The notes: generated by a model not told the origin, from the letters alone. DNA of 47,160 nt from Patescibacteria group bacterium (GCA_038065335.1 JBBTRD010000008.1:1-47160); one strand, 5' to 3'; counted from the stretch's first letter, positions 31,038 to 40,329 are shown. Program-made: numbers and translations.

Positions 31038-32876
31038 ATGGAAATTAGAAATATCGCTATTATCGCGCACGTTGATCATGGCAAAACAACCCTGACTGAT
31101 ATGCTTATGAAACAAACCGGCATGGTCCCGGCTGATTTTACAATGGATACCAACGACCTTGAACAAGAACGCGGTATTACTATTTATGCCAAAAACGCCG
31201 CCCTCTACTATAAAGACACCAAAATTAATATCGTCGACACGCCGGGTCATGCCGATTTTGGTTCGGAAGTGGAGCGGGTTTTGCGTTCCATTGATTCGGT
31301 TTTATTGGTCGTTGACGCTCAAGAAGGTCCGATGCCCCAGACAAAATTTGTTCTTAAAAAAGCCCTCGAATTGGGCATCAAACCAATTGTAATTATTAAT
31401 AAAATAGACAAGCCGGCTTCTAATCCAGACGAAACCCATCACAAACTTTTGGAACTATTTATCGATCTAGGCGCCACCACCGAACAGTTAGATTTTCCCG
31501 TGGTTTATGCCATTGGCCGAGATGGCATGGCCAAGTTAGACATGAAAGACAAAGCCGTAAACCTTAATCCAATTTTAGATACAATCTTAAAATATGTTCC
31601 ACCAGCCAATGCCGACGCTTCGGCCCCGCTTCGTTTTCAACCTTTTAATCTAGCTTATGATAATTTTCTCGGCCGTTTAGGTATTGGCCGGGTGTATGAA
31701 GGCACTATTCATATGGGCGATACGGTCTATATCCGCACTCCGGCCAGTCTACTTGGTACCGGTAATGATGTTAAAACGCGAACCGGTAAAATTACGAAGC
31801 TTTATACTTTCAAAGGCATGGCTCGCGTGGAATCCGAGTCCGCCGAGGCGGGGGATATCGTTATGGTGGCCGGTATTCCTGATATTTATATCGGTGAAAC
31901 AATCTGCTCATCGCCCGAAACTCCCGCGTTACCAGCCATTCACGTTGACGAACCAACCATATCTTTAAATTTTCTCGTCAATGATTCACCCTTTGCCGGC
32001 CGAGAGGGCAAATTTGTGACCGGCCGACAAATCCGCGAACGATTGGAACACGAACTCGAGGTTAATATAGGTTTGAAAGTAGATTTTGGCGAAGGAGACT
32101 TGCTGGCTAAAACAGGATCGGCTGTCGTCGGAAAAGTTTATGGTCGTGGCGAACTTCATGTTTCAATTCTTTTGGAAAATATGCGTCGGGAAGGTTATGA
32201 ACTTCAAGTTTCTCAACCTCAAGTCATTACAAAAAGAGTTAATGGTGAGCTTGTCGAACCATTTAAAGAAGCGATTATAGATGTCCCGGAAGAGACCTCG
32301 GGGATTGTTATTCAAAAATTAAATAAACGCGCCGGTACAATGATGAACATGGAACAGCATCACGGCCAAATCCGCATGACTTTCAAGATTCCAACCCGCG
32401 GTCTGCTTGGTTTTCGTAACGAATTTATTATCAACACAAAAGGCGAAGGAATTCTCTCTAGTCGATTTATCAACTTTGAACCTTACGCCGGAGAAATCAG
32501 AAAACGGGCGGTTGGCTCGATGGTCTCCGGTGAAACGGGCAAGACTCTAGCTTATGCCCTCGATAATCTCCAACAGCGCGGCCGGCTCTATATTCCCGCT
32601 AACACCGAAGTCTATGCCGGCATGGTCATTGGCGATACTTCCAAAGGCGACGACATGACCGTTAATCCCATCAAGGGCAAGAAACTGACCAATATGCGCG
32701 CCGCCGGTTCGGACGATAATGTTATACTGGCTCCGCCCTATATTCTCACTCTTGAACGCGGTCTGGAAGTAATGGTCGAAGATGACTATTTAGAAATAAC
32801 TCCCCAAAGCGTCCGCTTAAGAAAGAGATACCTGACAGAGAATGACCGTATCAAAGCGAATCGCTCAGATTTGTAA
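31038..32876 (+). CDS. typA: translational GTPase TypA/BipA
   Basis: 612 aa. Motifs AHVDHGKTTL, DTPGHADF, NKID, and BipA-type C-terminal domains. Confidence 0.95.
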   Translation: MEIRNIAIIAHVDHGKTTLTDMLMKQTGMVPADFTMDTNDLEQERGITIYAKNAALYYKDTKINIVDTPGHADFGSEVERVLRSIDSVLLVVDAQEGPMPQTKFVLKKALELGIKPIVIINKIDKPASNPDETHHKLLELFIDLGATTEQLDFPVVYAIGRDGMAKLDMKDKAVNLNPILDTILKYVPPANADASAPLRFQPFNLAYDNFLGRLGIGRVYEGTIHMGDTVYIRTPASLLGTGNDVKTRTGKITKLYTFKGMARVESESAEAGDIVMVAGIPDIYIGETICSSPETPALPAIHVDEPTISLNFLVNDSPFAGREGKFVTGRQIRERLEHELEVNIGLKVDFGEGDLLAKTGSAVVGKVYGRGELHVSILLENMRREGYELQVSQPQVITKRVNGELVEPFKEAIIDVPEETSGIVIQKLNKRAGTMMNMEQHHGQIRMTFKIPTRGLLGFRNEFIINTKGEGILSSRFINFEPYAGEIRKRAVGSMVSGETGKTLAYALDNLQQRGRLYIPANTEVYAGMVIGDTSKGDDMTVNPIKGKKLTNMRAAGSDDNVILAPPYILTLERGLEVMVEDDYLEITPQSVRLRKRYLTENDRIKANRSDL

Positions 32877-32907
32877 GACTATAGAGGTTTAGCCTCTATA
32901 GTCTTAC
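32873..32907. terminator. bidirectional hairpin (15-bp stem) containing both convergent stop codons
   Basis: GTAAGACTATAGAGG-tttag-CCTCTATAGTCTTAC. The typA TAA (32874-32876) pairs with the TTA (32904-32906) that is the stop of the minus-strand gene. Confidence 0.75.
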
Positions 32908-33578
32908 TTACCTGACATGTATTTCTCCCAATATTCGTAAAGTTTCGCGGTGGAGACGATATCGCGAACGCAATAAAGAGCGATGTCTCGGCAACGGCCT
33001 TCTTTGAAGAGGTGAGCGACGTCATGACCCGTCACACCCTTGTCTTTGGGGCTCTCAATACCAAAAGCTTGGCACCAGAGATGCAGACTTCCCTTAAAAC
33101 GCATCGCGCCGTAGTTGGTCAATTTGTCGTAGATATCGATGTGTGGCCGATCATAGTATCGATTCTGAATTAAATTAACCGAGGGTTTTACTTTATTAAT
33201 CGCCGAACGAATCGCCAAAAATGGACAATCAAAACTATGACCGTTGAAAGTTATAAACTGATCGTAATGATTAGCTGATTCCCAAAATCGTTTTAAAATT
33301 TCTTTTTCATTCGCGCAGGGGACCGCGAGATTACCACCCACTTCTTCTTCGATTTCATCTTTTTGTTTTTGATAATAGACCGCGCCCTTGTTCGTTTCCG
33401 GATTTAAAATACCAATGGCCACCACTCGGCCGGTCAGAGGGGAAAGGCCCATGCCGTCGCGAACGAGCTGACGTTGAGCATCGGTTTCAACGTTGGCCAA
33501 TAATAGCTCCCTAGATTTTTCATCTAAACCATCGAAGTCCACGCCAACGGTTTCAATATCAAATACGAGTTTAGGCAT
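32904..33578 (-). CDS. DEDDy-type 3'-5' exonuclease (PolB-exonuclease-like, RNase H fold)
   Basis: 224 aa. Motifs FDIET, FNGHSFDCPFL, YCVRD. Confidence 0.8.
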   Translation of the reverse strand: MPKLVFDIETVGVDFDGLDEKSRELLLANVETDAQRQLVRDGMGLSPLTGRVVAIGILNPETNKGAVYYQKQKDEIEEEVGGNLAVPCANEKEILKRFWESANHYDQFITFNGHSFDCPFLAIRSAINKVKPSVNLIQNRYYDRPHIDIYDKLTNYGAMRFKGSLHLWCQAFGIESPKDKGVTGHDVAHLFKEGRCRDIALYCVRDIVSTAKLYEYWEKYMSGK

Positions 33579-33584
33579 GAGTAG

Positions 33585-33616
33585 AATCTAAAAGATTAAA
33601 ACTAAAATCTAAAAAA
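33585..33616 (-). promoter_or_regulatory. shared AT-rich promoter module upstream of the exonuclease gene
   Basis: The minus strand reads TTTTTTAGATTTTAGTTTTAATCTTTTAGATT followed by ctactc and ATG, parallel to the mreB module. Confidence 0.45.
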
Positions 33617-34058
33617 TACCAACAATTGAATTGTAACTTAAAATACATTTATTACAACCCCCTGTATAGGGCCACCCCCAAGATAAAAGAGGAGAGCTGG
33701 GGAAAAAATAATGGGAGAAGATAACTAATAAATTAATTAAATAAAAAAAATAATTTTAAACTCTAATTTATTAAAGGGGAGTACCGTTTTTATCTTTACG
33801 GTACGTCGCACAATGTAGGTTATGCGACGTATATGGTAATATAATCAACTGTATCGCGAAACAAATAATAAACCACTAATCTTACTTAATGGATCTTGAG
33901 ATTATCGTGTCCTACTACCCTTCCATTCGTCCCAGGGAATCCTGCAGAGATCTTTTGTAAGCCATGCCACCTACTTAATACCATTTTAAATCCTTGCAGG
34001 GGAGTCTCCCCTACTTGCTTATCATCTCTTATTCTCTTATTCTTTTATTCTTAATCAT

Positions 34059-35324
34059 TTACAGATAATCCAGCGGATTAACCGACCCTTCAAAATAATT
34101 AAAATAGAGCTGACCGCCTTTTTTATCACTAACATAAGTAAAGAAGTCTTTGTATACCGAAAGATGTAAATGCGACCCCGTGACGGTGCCGGTGTTCCCC
34201 TCGTAACCAATAATCTGTCCCACAACAACTTGTGTTCCAACTTGCAGGAACGAAAGCGCGCTCATATGGGTATAGACGCTCACGAGATTAAATTTAGTAG
34301 GATGCTTAATTGCCACCCAATTTCCCCAGCCATCGTTTTTGCCATTAGCAATTATTTCTCCGTCGGCGATAGTTTTAATCGGACTTCCATACCCCGCGGC
34401 CGTGTCTATTCCATTGTGAGGAGCTCCACCGTATGGCCCACGCGATTTTCCGCATTTCGCGTATGTCGTGCATCCATAACTTTGAGTAATACGATATCCG
34501 TTTTCGGGCCAAGAAAACAATCCTTTTTGTTTTTTGGGAAGATTACTATTGGCAGTTTCGTGAACTATGTAAAATCCACCTTGAATAACTTGAGTTTCAA
34601 GTTCTCGCAACTGATTAAAGAAAATGGATTCTTGTTGTTCAGTCGCGATAAGAAGTTTTTGATATTGGGCCTCTTGACCTTTAGTTATGGCCAGCAGTTG
34701 GTTTTTGTCCTGCTGAACACCGGCCAGCGATGTTTTTTGGGCAGTTTCCTGTTGTTTGAGAGTCTGGAGACCTTTTTTCTTGTCTTCAAGATCATTTTTT
34801 TGATTTATTAAATTTGCCTGATCTTGGTTTAACTCCTCGACGAGATGAAGAAGATTAGAGTTAACGGTTAGCGCGTATTGCTCCTGATTAAAATAATCGG
34901 AGAGGCTCGCGTTTTTCATTAATATGCCGACGAGTGTTTCATTGTCCCGCTTCGCGAGATATAATAACAACTGGCCAATAGTAGATTTTTGATAATCAAT
35001 TTTTTCTTTGGTTGTGACGATGTTTTCTTGAACGCCAGCAATTTCAACTTGAGTTTTATCAATTTTTTTACCTGTCAGTAGTATCTCCGTATTGATTGTG
35101 TTGATTTGATTCTGCAGATTCTGAATCTGAGCCTTAAGGGTATTGCCTTGTGCTTGAGTCTGCGCGATTGTGCCTCGTAATTGCTGGGCCTGCTCCTCCA
35201 GAGCCTGGATTTGCGCCTTTAGTTGATTCATCTTGTCCTGATTCGCATCAGCTGATACAAAATTAACCCCAAATATAAAAAACAAGACAAAACAACCAGT
35301 AAGAATTTTAGATTTGATTGGCAT
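34059..35324 (-). CDS. M23 (LytM-type) peptidase with an N-terminal coiled coil (EnvC-like architecture)
   Basis: 421 aa. Signal/TM segment, a Gln-rich coiled coil, and the M23 motifs HNGIDTAAGYGSPI and GSHLHLSVY. Confidence 0.88.
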   Translation of the reverse strand: MPIKSKILTGCFVLFFIFGVNFVSADANQDKMNQLKAQIQALEEQAQQLRGTIAQTQAQGNTLKAQIQNLQNQINTINTEILLTGKKIDKTQVEIAGVQENIVTTKEKIDYQKSTIGQLLLYLAKRDNETLVGILMKNASLSDYFNQEQYALTVNSNLLHLVEELNQDQANLINQKNDLEDKKKGLQTLKQQETAQKTSLAGVQQDKNQLLAITKGQEAQYQKLLIATEQQESIFFNQLRELETQVIQGGFYIVHETANSNLPKKQKGLFSWPENGYRITQSYGCTTYAKCGKSRGPYGGAPHNGIDTAAGYGSPIKTIADGEIIANGKNDGWGNWVAIKHPTKFNLVSVYTHMSALSFLQVGTQVVVGQIIGYEGNTGTVTGSHLHLSVYKDFFTYVSDKKGGQLYFNYFEGSVNPLDYL

Positions 35325-35353
35325 GGTCGGTAGATTTTTCTAAATCCTAAGTT

Positions 35354-36715
35354 CTAACTATTAAATTCTGTTTTTCCAATCGCTTTCTTTACCCGCTTCA
35401 CGACTTCGTTCTTGCCCAATACAACAACCAGTTGAACAGGGTCGGGTGATTTTTCTTTGCCCGATAAGGCTACTCGCAACGGCCAGTAAACCATCCCGCG
35501 ATTATCCCCCGCAACAACGTCAAGGCGGTGTTTTAAAATTTCCGAATCCTGAAAATCCCAATTCTCTATGACACCCAACGCCCGTTTTAACGATTCTTGG
35601 GTAATGTGCCATTCAGTGTCTTTCCAATTCAATAATTCTTTTTCATAAATCGGCTCGGACCACAAATATGAAAATTCTTGGGCATCACTCAATTTTTCGA
35701 GCCGTTCGGTAACTAACGGCACTGCCGAATTAGAAATATTTAAATTAGTTAAATTTTTAAACTCCGCTGGTGTTAATCGGCGGATGTACTGACAATTAAT
35801 CCAGTTCAATTTTTTTGTGTCAAATATCGCTCCTGATTTATGTATTTTTGATAATTCGAATTCTTGAATCATTTCTTCGCGAGAAAGAATATCTTTACTA
35901 AAAGTATAACCTAAGCCACCCAAAAAATTTACAACCGCTTCTGGCAAATAATTCTTTTTATAATCCACAACCGCCATCGCCCCGTGACGTTTTGAAAGTT
36001 TAGTGCGATCGGGCGCAAGAATCAGTGGCAAATGAGCAAAAAGGGGCGGTGTCTTACCTAGGGCCTCATAAACAAGAATCTGTTTGGGTGTGTTTGAAAT
36101 GTGATCTTCGCCCCGAATAACGTGGGAAATTTCCATCTCCGCGTCATCTACAACGGCCGCGAAATTATACAACGGGTCAGTCACCGTCCGGGCAACACTG
36201 AAATCCCCCAATAAGCCGGCTCTAAATTCAATGTGCCCCTTGATCTGGTCTTCAAAAGAAACAACCTGCTCTGAATTGCCGACATTTAATCGAATGATTC
36301 CCCCACCTTCTTTGCCGAGAGGCAAATCTTTGTGGTTGCATTCGTGCCGAGGCGGTTGTTTTTGAAATTCCTGACGCTGACGCTCGGCTTCTAATTCTTC
36401 TTGAGAATGATGACAATAAAAAGTCTTGCCTTCATTTAATAGTTTTTCCAGGGCCGTTCGATATAATTGCGTTCGTTCACTCTGTCGAATAACTTCGTCA
36501 TCCCAATCCAATCCCAACCAACGTAAAGCTTCCAAGATACTTTCTTCGTATTTCTTAGTGGAACGTTCTTGGTCGGTATCTTCAATTCGGAGATAAAACT
36601 GGCCGCCCACTTTTTTGGCAAATAACCAATTATAAAGTGCTGATTGCCCTGTTCCAATATGCAAAAAACCCGTTGGCGACGGCGCAATCCGAACCCTTAT
36701 TTGGCTTTTATTCAT
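35354..36715 (-). CDS. gltX: glutamate--tRNA ligase
   Basis: 453 aa. HIGH-type motif PTGFLHIGT and KMSKS-type motif KLSKR. Confidence 0.93.
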   Translation of the reverse strand: MNKSQIRVRIAPSPTGFLHIGTGQSALYNWLFAKKVGGQFYLRIEDTDQERSTKKYEESILEALRWLGLDWDDEVIRQSERTQLYRTALEKLLNEGKTFYCHHSQEELEAERQRQEFQKQPPRHECNHKDLPLGKEGGGIIRLNVGNSEQVVSFEDQIKGHIEFRAGLLGDFSVARTVTDPLYNFAAVVDDAEMEISHVIRGEDHISNTPKQILVYEALGKTPPLFAHLPLILAPDRTKLSKRHGAMAVVDYKKNYLPEAVVNFLGGLGYTFSKDILSREEMIQEFELSKIHKSGAIFDTKKLNWINCQYIRRLTPAEFKNLTNLNISNSAVPLVTERLEKLSDAQEFSYLWSEPIYEKELLNWKDTEWHITQESLKRALGVIENWDFQDSEILKHRLDVVAGDNRGMVYWPLRVALSGKEKSPDPVQLVVVLGKNEVVKRVKKAIGKTEFNS

Positions 36716-36722
36716 AGAATTT

Positions 36723-36728
36723 ATTATA
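36723..36728 (-). promoter_or_regulatory. -10 TATAAT, 7 nt upstream of the gltX ATG
   Basis: The minus strand reads ggTATAATaaattctATG with no SD. Confidence 0.45.
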
Positions 36729-36810
36729 CCTTTTATCTAGGTTGTCAGCAAAGCGTAAAATGCTAGTATTGTTTAGAAATTAGATATTAGTAATTAGAAA
36801 TTTTATCTCT

Positions 36811-38733
36811 ATGTACGTTCTCGAAGTTTTACCCCTCACAACACTTCCGCCCCAAATTCCCCAGATTTTGAGTTACTATCACGATTCGGACCTTCCTAAG
36901 GGCGCCATTGTTGAAATATCTCTCAATAATCGCCTCGTAACAGCGACGGTTATTGATTCATACAATCTTGACGAACAAAAAATCTTAATTAAAAAATCTC
37001 TTTTTCAACTCAAAAAAATAAGTAGAGTTTTAAGCGAAAAATCCATTATTACCGAATGGCAATTTAAAATCGCTTTGTGGTTAGCTAGCCATTATGTTGC
37101 TCCGCTCGGCCTCTGCCTGAAAACTGTCTTGCCACCGTTTTTTCTAAAAGCCCGCTACCTTATCGAACCAAAAAAATTATTTTCTAATCCATCGGCGAAT
37201 CTAATATCGGAATGGATTATTACCCACGCCCAAGATTCGGCCCGTCATATTAAACCATTCCTCAAGGATAAATTGGGCCAGACATTAATTGTTGTTCCGG
37301 ATGGTTCTTATATCCCCTATTTTCAAAAAGAATTCGTAGCGACAAAACCATTTATTTTGACTTCCGCCACTAGTAACAAAGATTATTATCGAATCTGGAA
37401 AGATGTCGCCACGCAAAATATTCGTATGATTATTGGCACTCGCCAAGCTCTTTTTCTGCCTTTCGTAAATCTAAAACACATTATTGTTATTGATCCGCTT
37501 CACGAATTTTATAAATCCGACATGAGTCCTAAATATTGGACGCCGGAATTAGCCGAAATGGTTGCCCTGAATCATGGCGCGCAATTTATTGCTTTGTCTC
37601 CCCTTCTCGGTGTTGACGCTTATGAAAAATCTCTCCAAGACAAAATTCAAGTTCGGGATACTTCAAAATCATGGCCGGCAAAAATTTCGGTGATTGACCT
37701 CACCTCCGAATTCAAACAAGGTTACTTTGTTAGTACTCTCACTCCGAACGCGCGGGATATCATACGCGAAACACTTGCTCGCAAAGAAAAAGTTCTGATC
37801 GTTTCCGCCCGACGCGGATACAGTGGAATCCTTCTTTGCCAGCGCTGCGGATTTTCGTTTAAATGCCCGAATTGCGATTTACCCATGCGCGTCCACCAAG
37901 GTGTCACTCTTTTATTGATTTGTCATCATTGTAATCACTCTCTATCATATCCTTACGCCTGTCCGAATTGTCATAGCTCCCAAATAAAAGCGACTGGACC
38001 GGCCGGCGGGCAAAAAATATTTGAAGAACTCCAAAAAATGATTGTGTTCGGCCAACTTGAGAAAGTGCCGATTTTACTTATGGATGCCGACACTACCCAA
38101 AACCAAACCGAAGAAAATGAAATTCTAGAAACAATCCACAAGGTCGGACCTTGTATTCTCATTGCTACCCAAAAAATATTCAGCTATAGCTACGATTTAA
38201 AATTTAATACTGTCATTATTCCCCGGCTTGACGCTCTTGCCGTCGGTTCTGATTTCCAAACCACCGAACGGCTTTGGTACCATCTTGAAAAACTGGCTGA
38301 CTTCCTGCCTGCCGGCAGACACGGTGAACCAAGCCAAATTGTCGCCCAAACATTCAATCAAAAAGAACTTCTTCCAAAACTTGCTCGCCATGATTACAAG
38401 CTGTTATACGAACTAGAATTGTCCGCCCGCAAAGCTTTCTGGTATCCGCCGTTCTGCCGAATCGTCAAACTTACTTATACTCATGCCGATTACCGTAAAG
38501 TCATCGCTTCCGCCCGCGCGGCGGTGGAAAAATTAAAAATGGCCTCAATCCATATCAAAGCCCAAGATAAAATCAAAATCACCGAAACCTCCCAGCTTTT
38601 CCTAAAAAAAGAGAAGGGCCGTTTCACTTATGCCATCATCGTCAAAATCCCGCTCGACTTCCCTCCCCGTGATCTCCTTCGCTACGTCCCCACCCAATGG
38701 CTGATAGATTTAGATCCGCGGACAACAATATAG
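36811..38733 (+). CDS. priA: PriA-like primosomal protein N' with degenerate ATPase motifs
   Basis: 640 aa. PriA architecture including the Cys-rich zinc region (CQRCG..CPNCD...CHHCN...CPNCH). There is no GxGK[ST] Walker A, and DPLH stands where DExH is expected. Confidence 0.8.
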   Translation: MYVLEVLPLTTLPPQIPQILSYYHDSDLPKGAIVEISLNNRLVTATVIDSYNLDEQKILIKKSLFQLKKISRVLSEKSIITEWQFKIALWLASHYVAPLGLCLKTVLPPFFLKARYLIEPKKLFSNPSANLISEWIITHAQDSARHIKPFLKDKLGQTLIVVPDGSYIPYFQKEFVATKPFILTSATSNKDYYRIWKDVATQNIRMIIGTRQALFLPFVNLKHIIVIDPLHEFYKSDMSPKYWTPELAEMVALNHGAQFIALSPLLGVDAYEKSLQDKIQVRDTSKSWPAKISVIDLTSEFKQGYFVSTLTPNARDIIRETLARKEKVLIVSARRGYSGILLCQRCGFSFKCPNCDLPMRVHQGVTLLLICHHCNHSLSYPYACPNCHSSQIKATGPAGGQKIFEELQKMIVFGQLEKVPILLMDADTTQNQTEENEILETIHKVGPCILIATQKIFSYSYDLKFNTVIIPRLDALAVGSDFQTTERLWYHLEKLADFLPAGRHGEPSQIVAQTFNQKELLPKLARHDYKLLYELELSARKAFWYPPFCRIVKLTYTHADYRKVIASARAAVEKLKMASIHIKAQDKIKITETSQLFLKKEKGRFTYAIIVKIPLDFPPRDLLRYVPTQWLIDLDPRTTI

Positions 38734-38760
38734 GATATAGACAAGAAGTTGTTATTTCAG

Positions 38761-38766
38761 TAGTAT
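38761..38766 (+). promoter_or_regulatory. -10 TAGTAT, 7 nt upstream of the def ATG
   Basis: TAGTATttgactaATG with no SD. Confidence 0.4.
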
Positions 38767-38773
38767 TTGACTA

Positions 38774-39232
38774 ATGGAAATTACGAAGACACCGCATGAA
38801 GTATTGGCCAACCGGACTAAGCTGGTACCGGCCGAAGAAATAAAAGCGGGCAAATATGGCCAGCTGGTTTTGGATATGAAAAAAGCGATGGTGGAGAATA
38901 TGGGTGTTGGTTTGGCCGCTAATCAAGTCGGACAAGATTTAAGCATTTTTGTTATTGATGCCAAAACCGCAAACGCTTACAAAGTGCCGGAAGCGTATTT
39001 CAATCCCGAAATTACCGAGTATTCGACGGAAACCGATGATGTCGAAGAGGGCTGTCTCTCTATCCCCGGCTTTTACGTTGGAATCCCCCGCTCCAAGAAA
39101 ATCATGTTCAAAGCCCTAGACGAAACTGGCAAGAAAATAAAATTCAAAGCCCGCGGCTTCCTGGCTCGCGTTCTCCAACACGAAACTGACCATCTTAACG
39201 GATTAGCCATTAAAGACAGGGCAAAAATATAA
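38774..39232 (+). CDS. def: peptide deformylase
   Basis: 152 aa. Motifs GVGLAANQVG, EGCLSIPG, HETDHLNG. Confidence 0.95.
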   Translation: MEITKTPHEVLANRTKLVPAEEIKAGKYGQLVLDMKKAMVENMGVGLAANQVGQDLSIFVIDAKTANAYKVPEAYFNPEITEYSTETDDVEEGCLSIPGFYVGIPRSKKIMFKALDETGKKIKFKARGFLARVLQHETDHLNGLAIKDRAKI

Positions 39233-39359
39233 GGTTAAGAACCTGCCTTTTGACCCAGTAGCGGAAGGGGTCCCAGCGAAGCTGGGGAAACCGACGGCCT
39301 GCCTGCCGGCAGGCAGGGACTGGTTTCCCGGGTCTGGGGCAAAAGGCAGGTTCTTAACC
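39233..39359. repeat. 127-nt MITE-like element with 20-bp perfect terminal inverted repeats, filling the def-fmt spacer
   Basis: GGTTAAGAACCTGCCTTTTG (39233-39252) and CAAAAGGCAGGTTCTTAACC (39340-39359). Central 20-nt palindrome CCTGCCTGCCGGCAGGCAGG (39298-39317). Confidence 0.85.
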
Positions 39360-39364
39360 GCAAT

Positions 39365-40267
39365 ATGAAAATAATTTTCTTTGGGACATCTGAATTTGCG
39401 GTACCGGCGCTAGAGACACTCCATGGTGCTGGTTTTGATGTTACGGTCATCACTATGCTCGATCAACCGGTCGGCCGAAAAAAGATTCTCACACCGACGC
39501 CAGTTAAGGTCGCGGCGGAAAAACTTGGTCTCAAAGTTCTCCAGCCACTGAAACTAAAGGATGATGTATTTTTTGAAGAATTTTTAGCCCTGGGCGAACC
39601 CGCCTCTGGCGGGCAGTTCCAACCTCCCGATTTTTGTGTTATCGCCGCCTACGGCAAAATTATCGCCGAACGATATATAAATACCCCTAAATATGGGTTT
39701 TTAAATATTCATCCTTCTCTTCTTCCGAAGTATCGAGGACCAACACCCATTCAGACTGCAATTCTCAATGGTGAAGATACAATTGGTGTCTCCATCATAC
39801 AAATTGATAAAGACGTGGACCATGGCGGAATTTTTTCGAAGCAAGAATTACGAATTACGAATTACGAAAACTACAAAAAAATTTATGATAAGCTCGCTGA
39901 ACTTGGGGCAAAATTATTGGTTGAAACAATCCCTAAAATTATTTCCGGAGAAATCAAGCCGAAGGAGCAAGACCACAGCCAGGCGATATTCACGAAAATA
40001 TTTACTCGAGAAGATGCCCGCATTGATTGGTCTCGTCCGCCTCAAGAAATTTATAACCAAATCCGCGCCCTCAACCCCGAACCCGGCACTTGGACAACAT
40101 GGAACGACAAAGTAGTGAACATCAAAGCCGCCTCCTTCGCTAAAACTACGGAAGGCCACAACAAGCAACTAAAATTGCTCATTGTACAACTTGAAGGGAA
40201 AAAAGAAACATCCATGTCTGATTTTCTCTCTGGCCATCCCGATTTCGATGTCTCTCAATTAAAATAA
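39365..40267 (+). CDS. fmt: methionyl-tRNA formyltransferase
   Basis: 300 aa. MKIIFFGTSEFAVP..., NIHPSLLPKYRG, downstream of def. Confidence 0.94.
   Translation: MKIIFFGTSEFAVPALETLHGAGFDVTVITMLDQPVGRKKILTPTPVKVAAEKLGLKVLQPLKLKDDVFFEEFLALGEPASGGQFQPPDFCVIAAYGKIIAERYINTPKYGFLNIHPSLLPKYRGPTPIQTAILNGEDTIGVSIIQIDKDVDHGGIFSKQELRITNYENYKKIYDKLAELGAKLLVETIPKIISGEIKPKEQDHSQAIFTKIFTREDARIDWSRPPQEIYNQIRALNPEPGTWTTWNDKVVNIKAASFAKTTEGHNKQLKLLIVQLEGKKETSMSDFLSGHPDFDVSQLK
39599..39613. repeat. CCCGCC-tct-GGCGGG hairpin in frame in fmt
   Basis: Identical 15-mer to the one within 18411-18440. It is translated as PASGG in both genes. Confidence 0.8.
39845..39865 (+). repeat. (GAATTAC)x3 heptanucleotide tandem repeat inside fmt
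   Basis: Three perfect units, 21 nt, in frame (ELRITNY). Confidence 0.9.
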
Positions 40268-40272
40268 TTAAA

Positions 40273-40301
40273 GGCCCCGCGCAGGCCGCATACGCGGGGC
40301 C
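40273..40301 (-). terminator. GC hairpin (9-bp stem), T-rich tail on the minus strand
   Basis: GGCCCCGCG-N11-CGCGGGGCC. The minus-strand continuation is TTTAATTATTTT. Confidence 0.6.
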
Positions 40302-40329
40302 CTGGCGGGGCGGGAACTGACCTGACGAT

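Noticed and set aside
38304-38318. CCTGCCTGCCGGCAG in priA as another in-frame palindrome insertion.
   Set aside because: The encoded LPAGRHGE aligns with helicase motif VI (AGRAGR-type) of PriA. It is probably native sequence that resembles the repeat core by chance.
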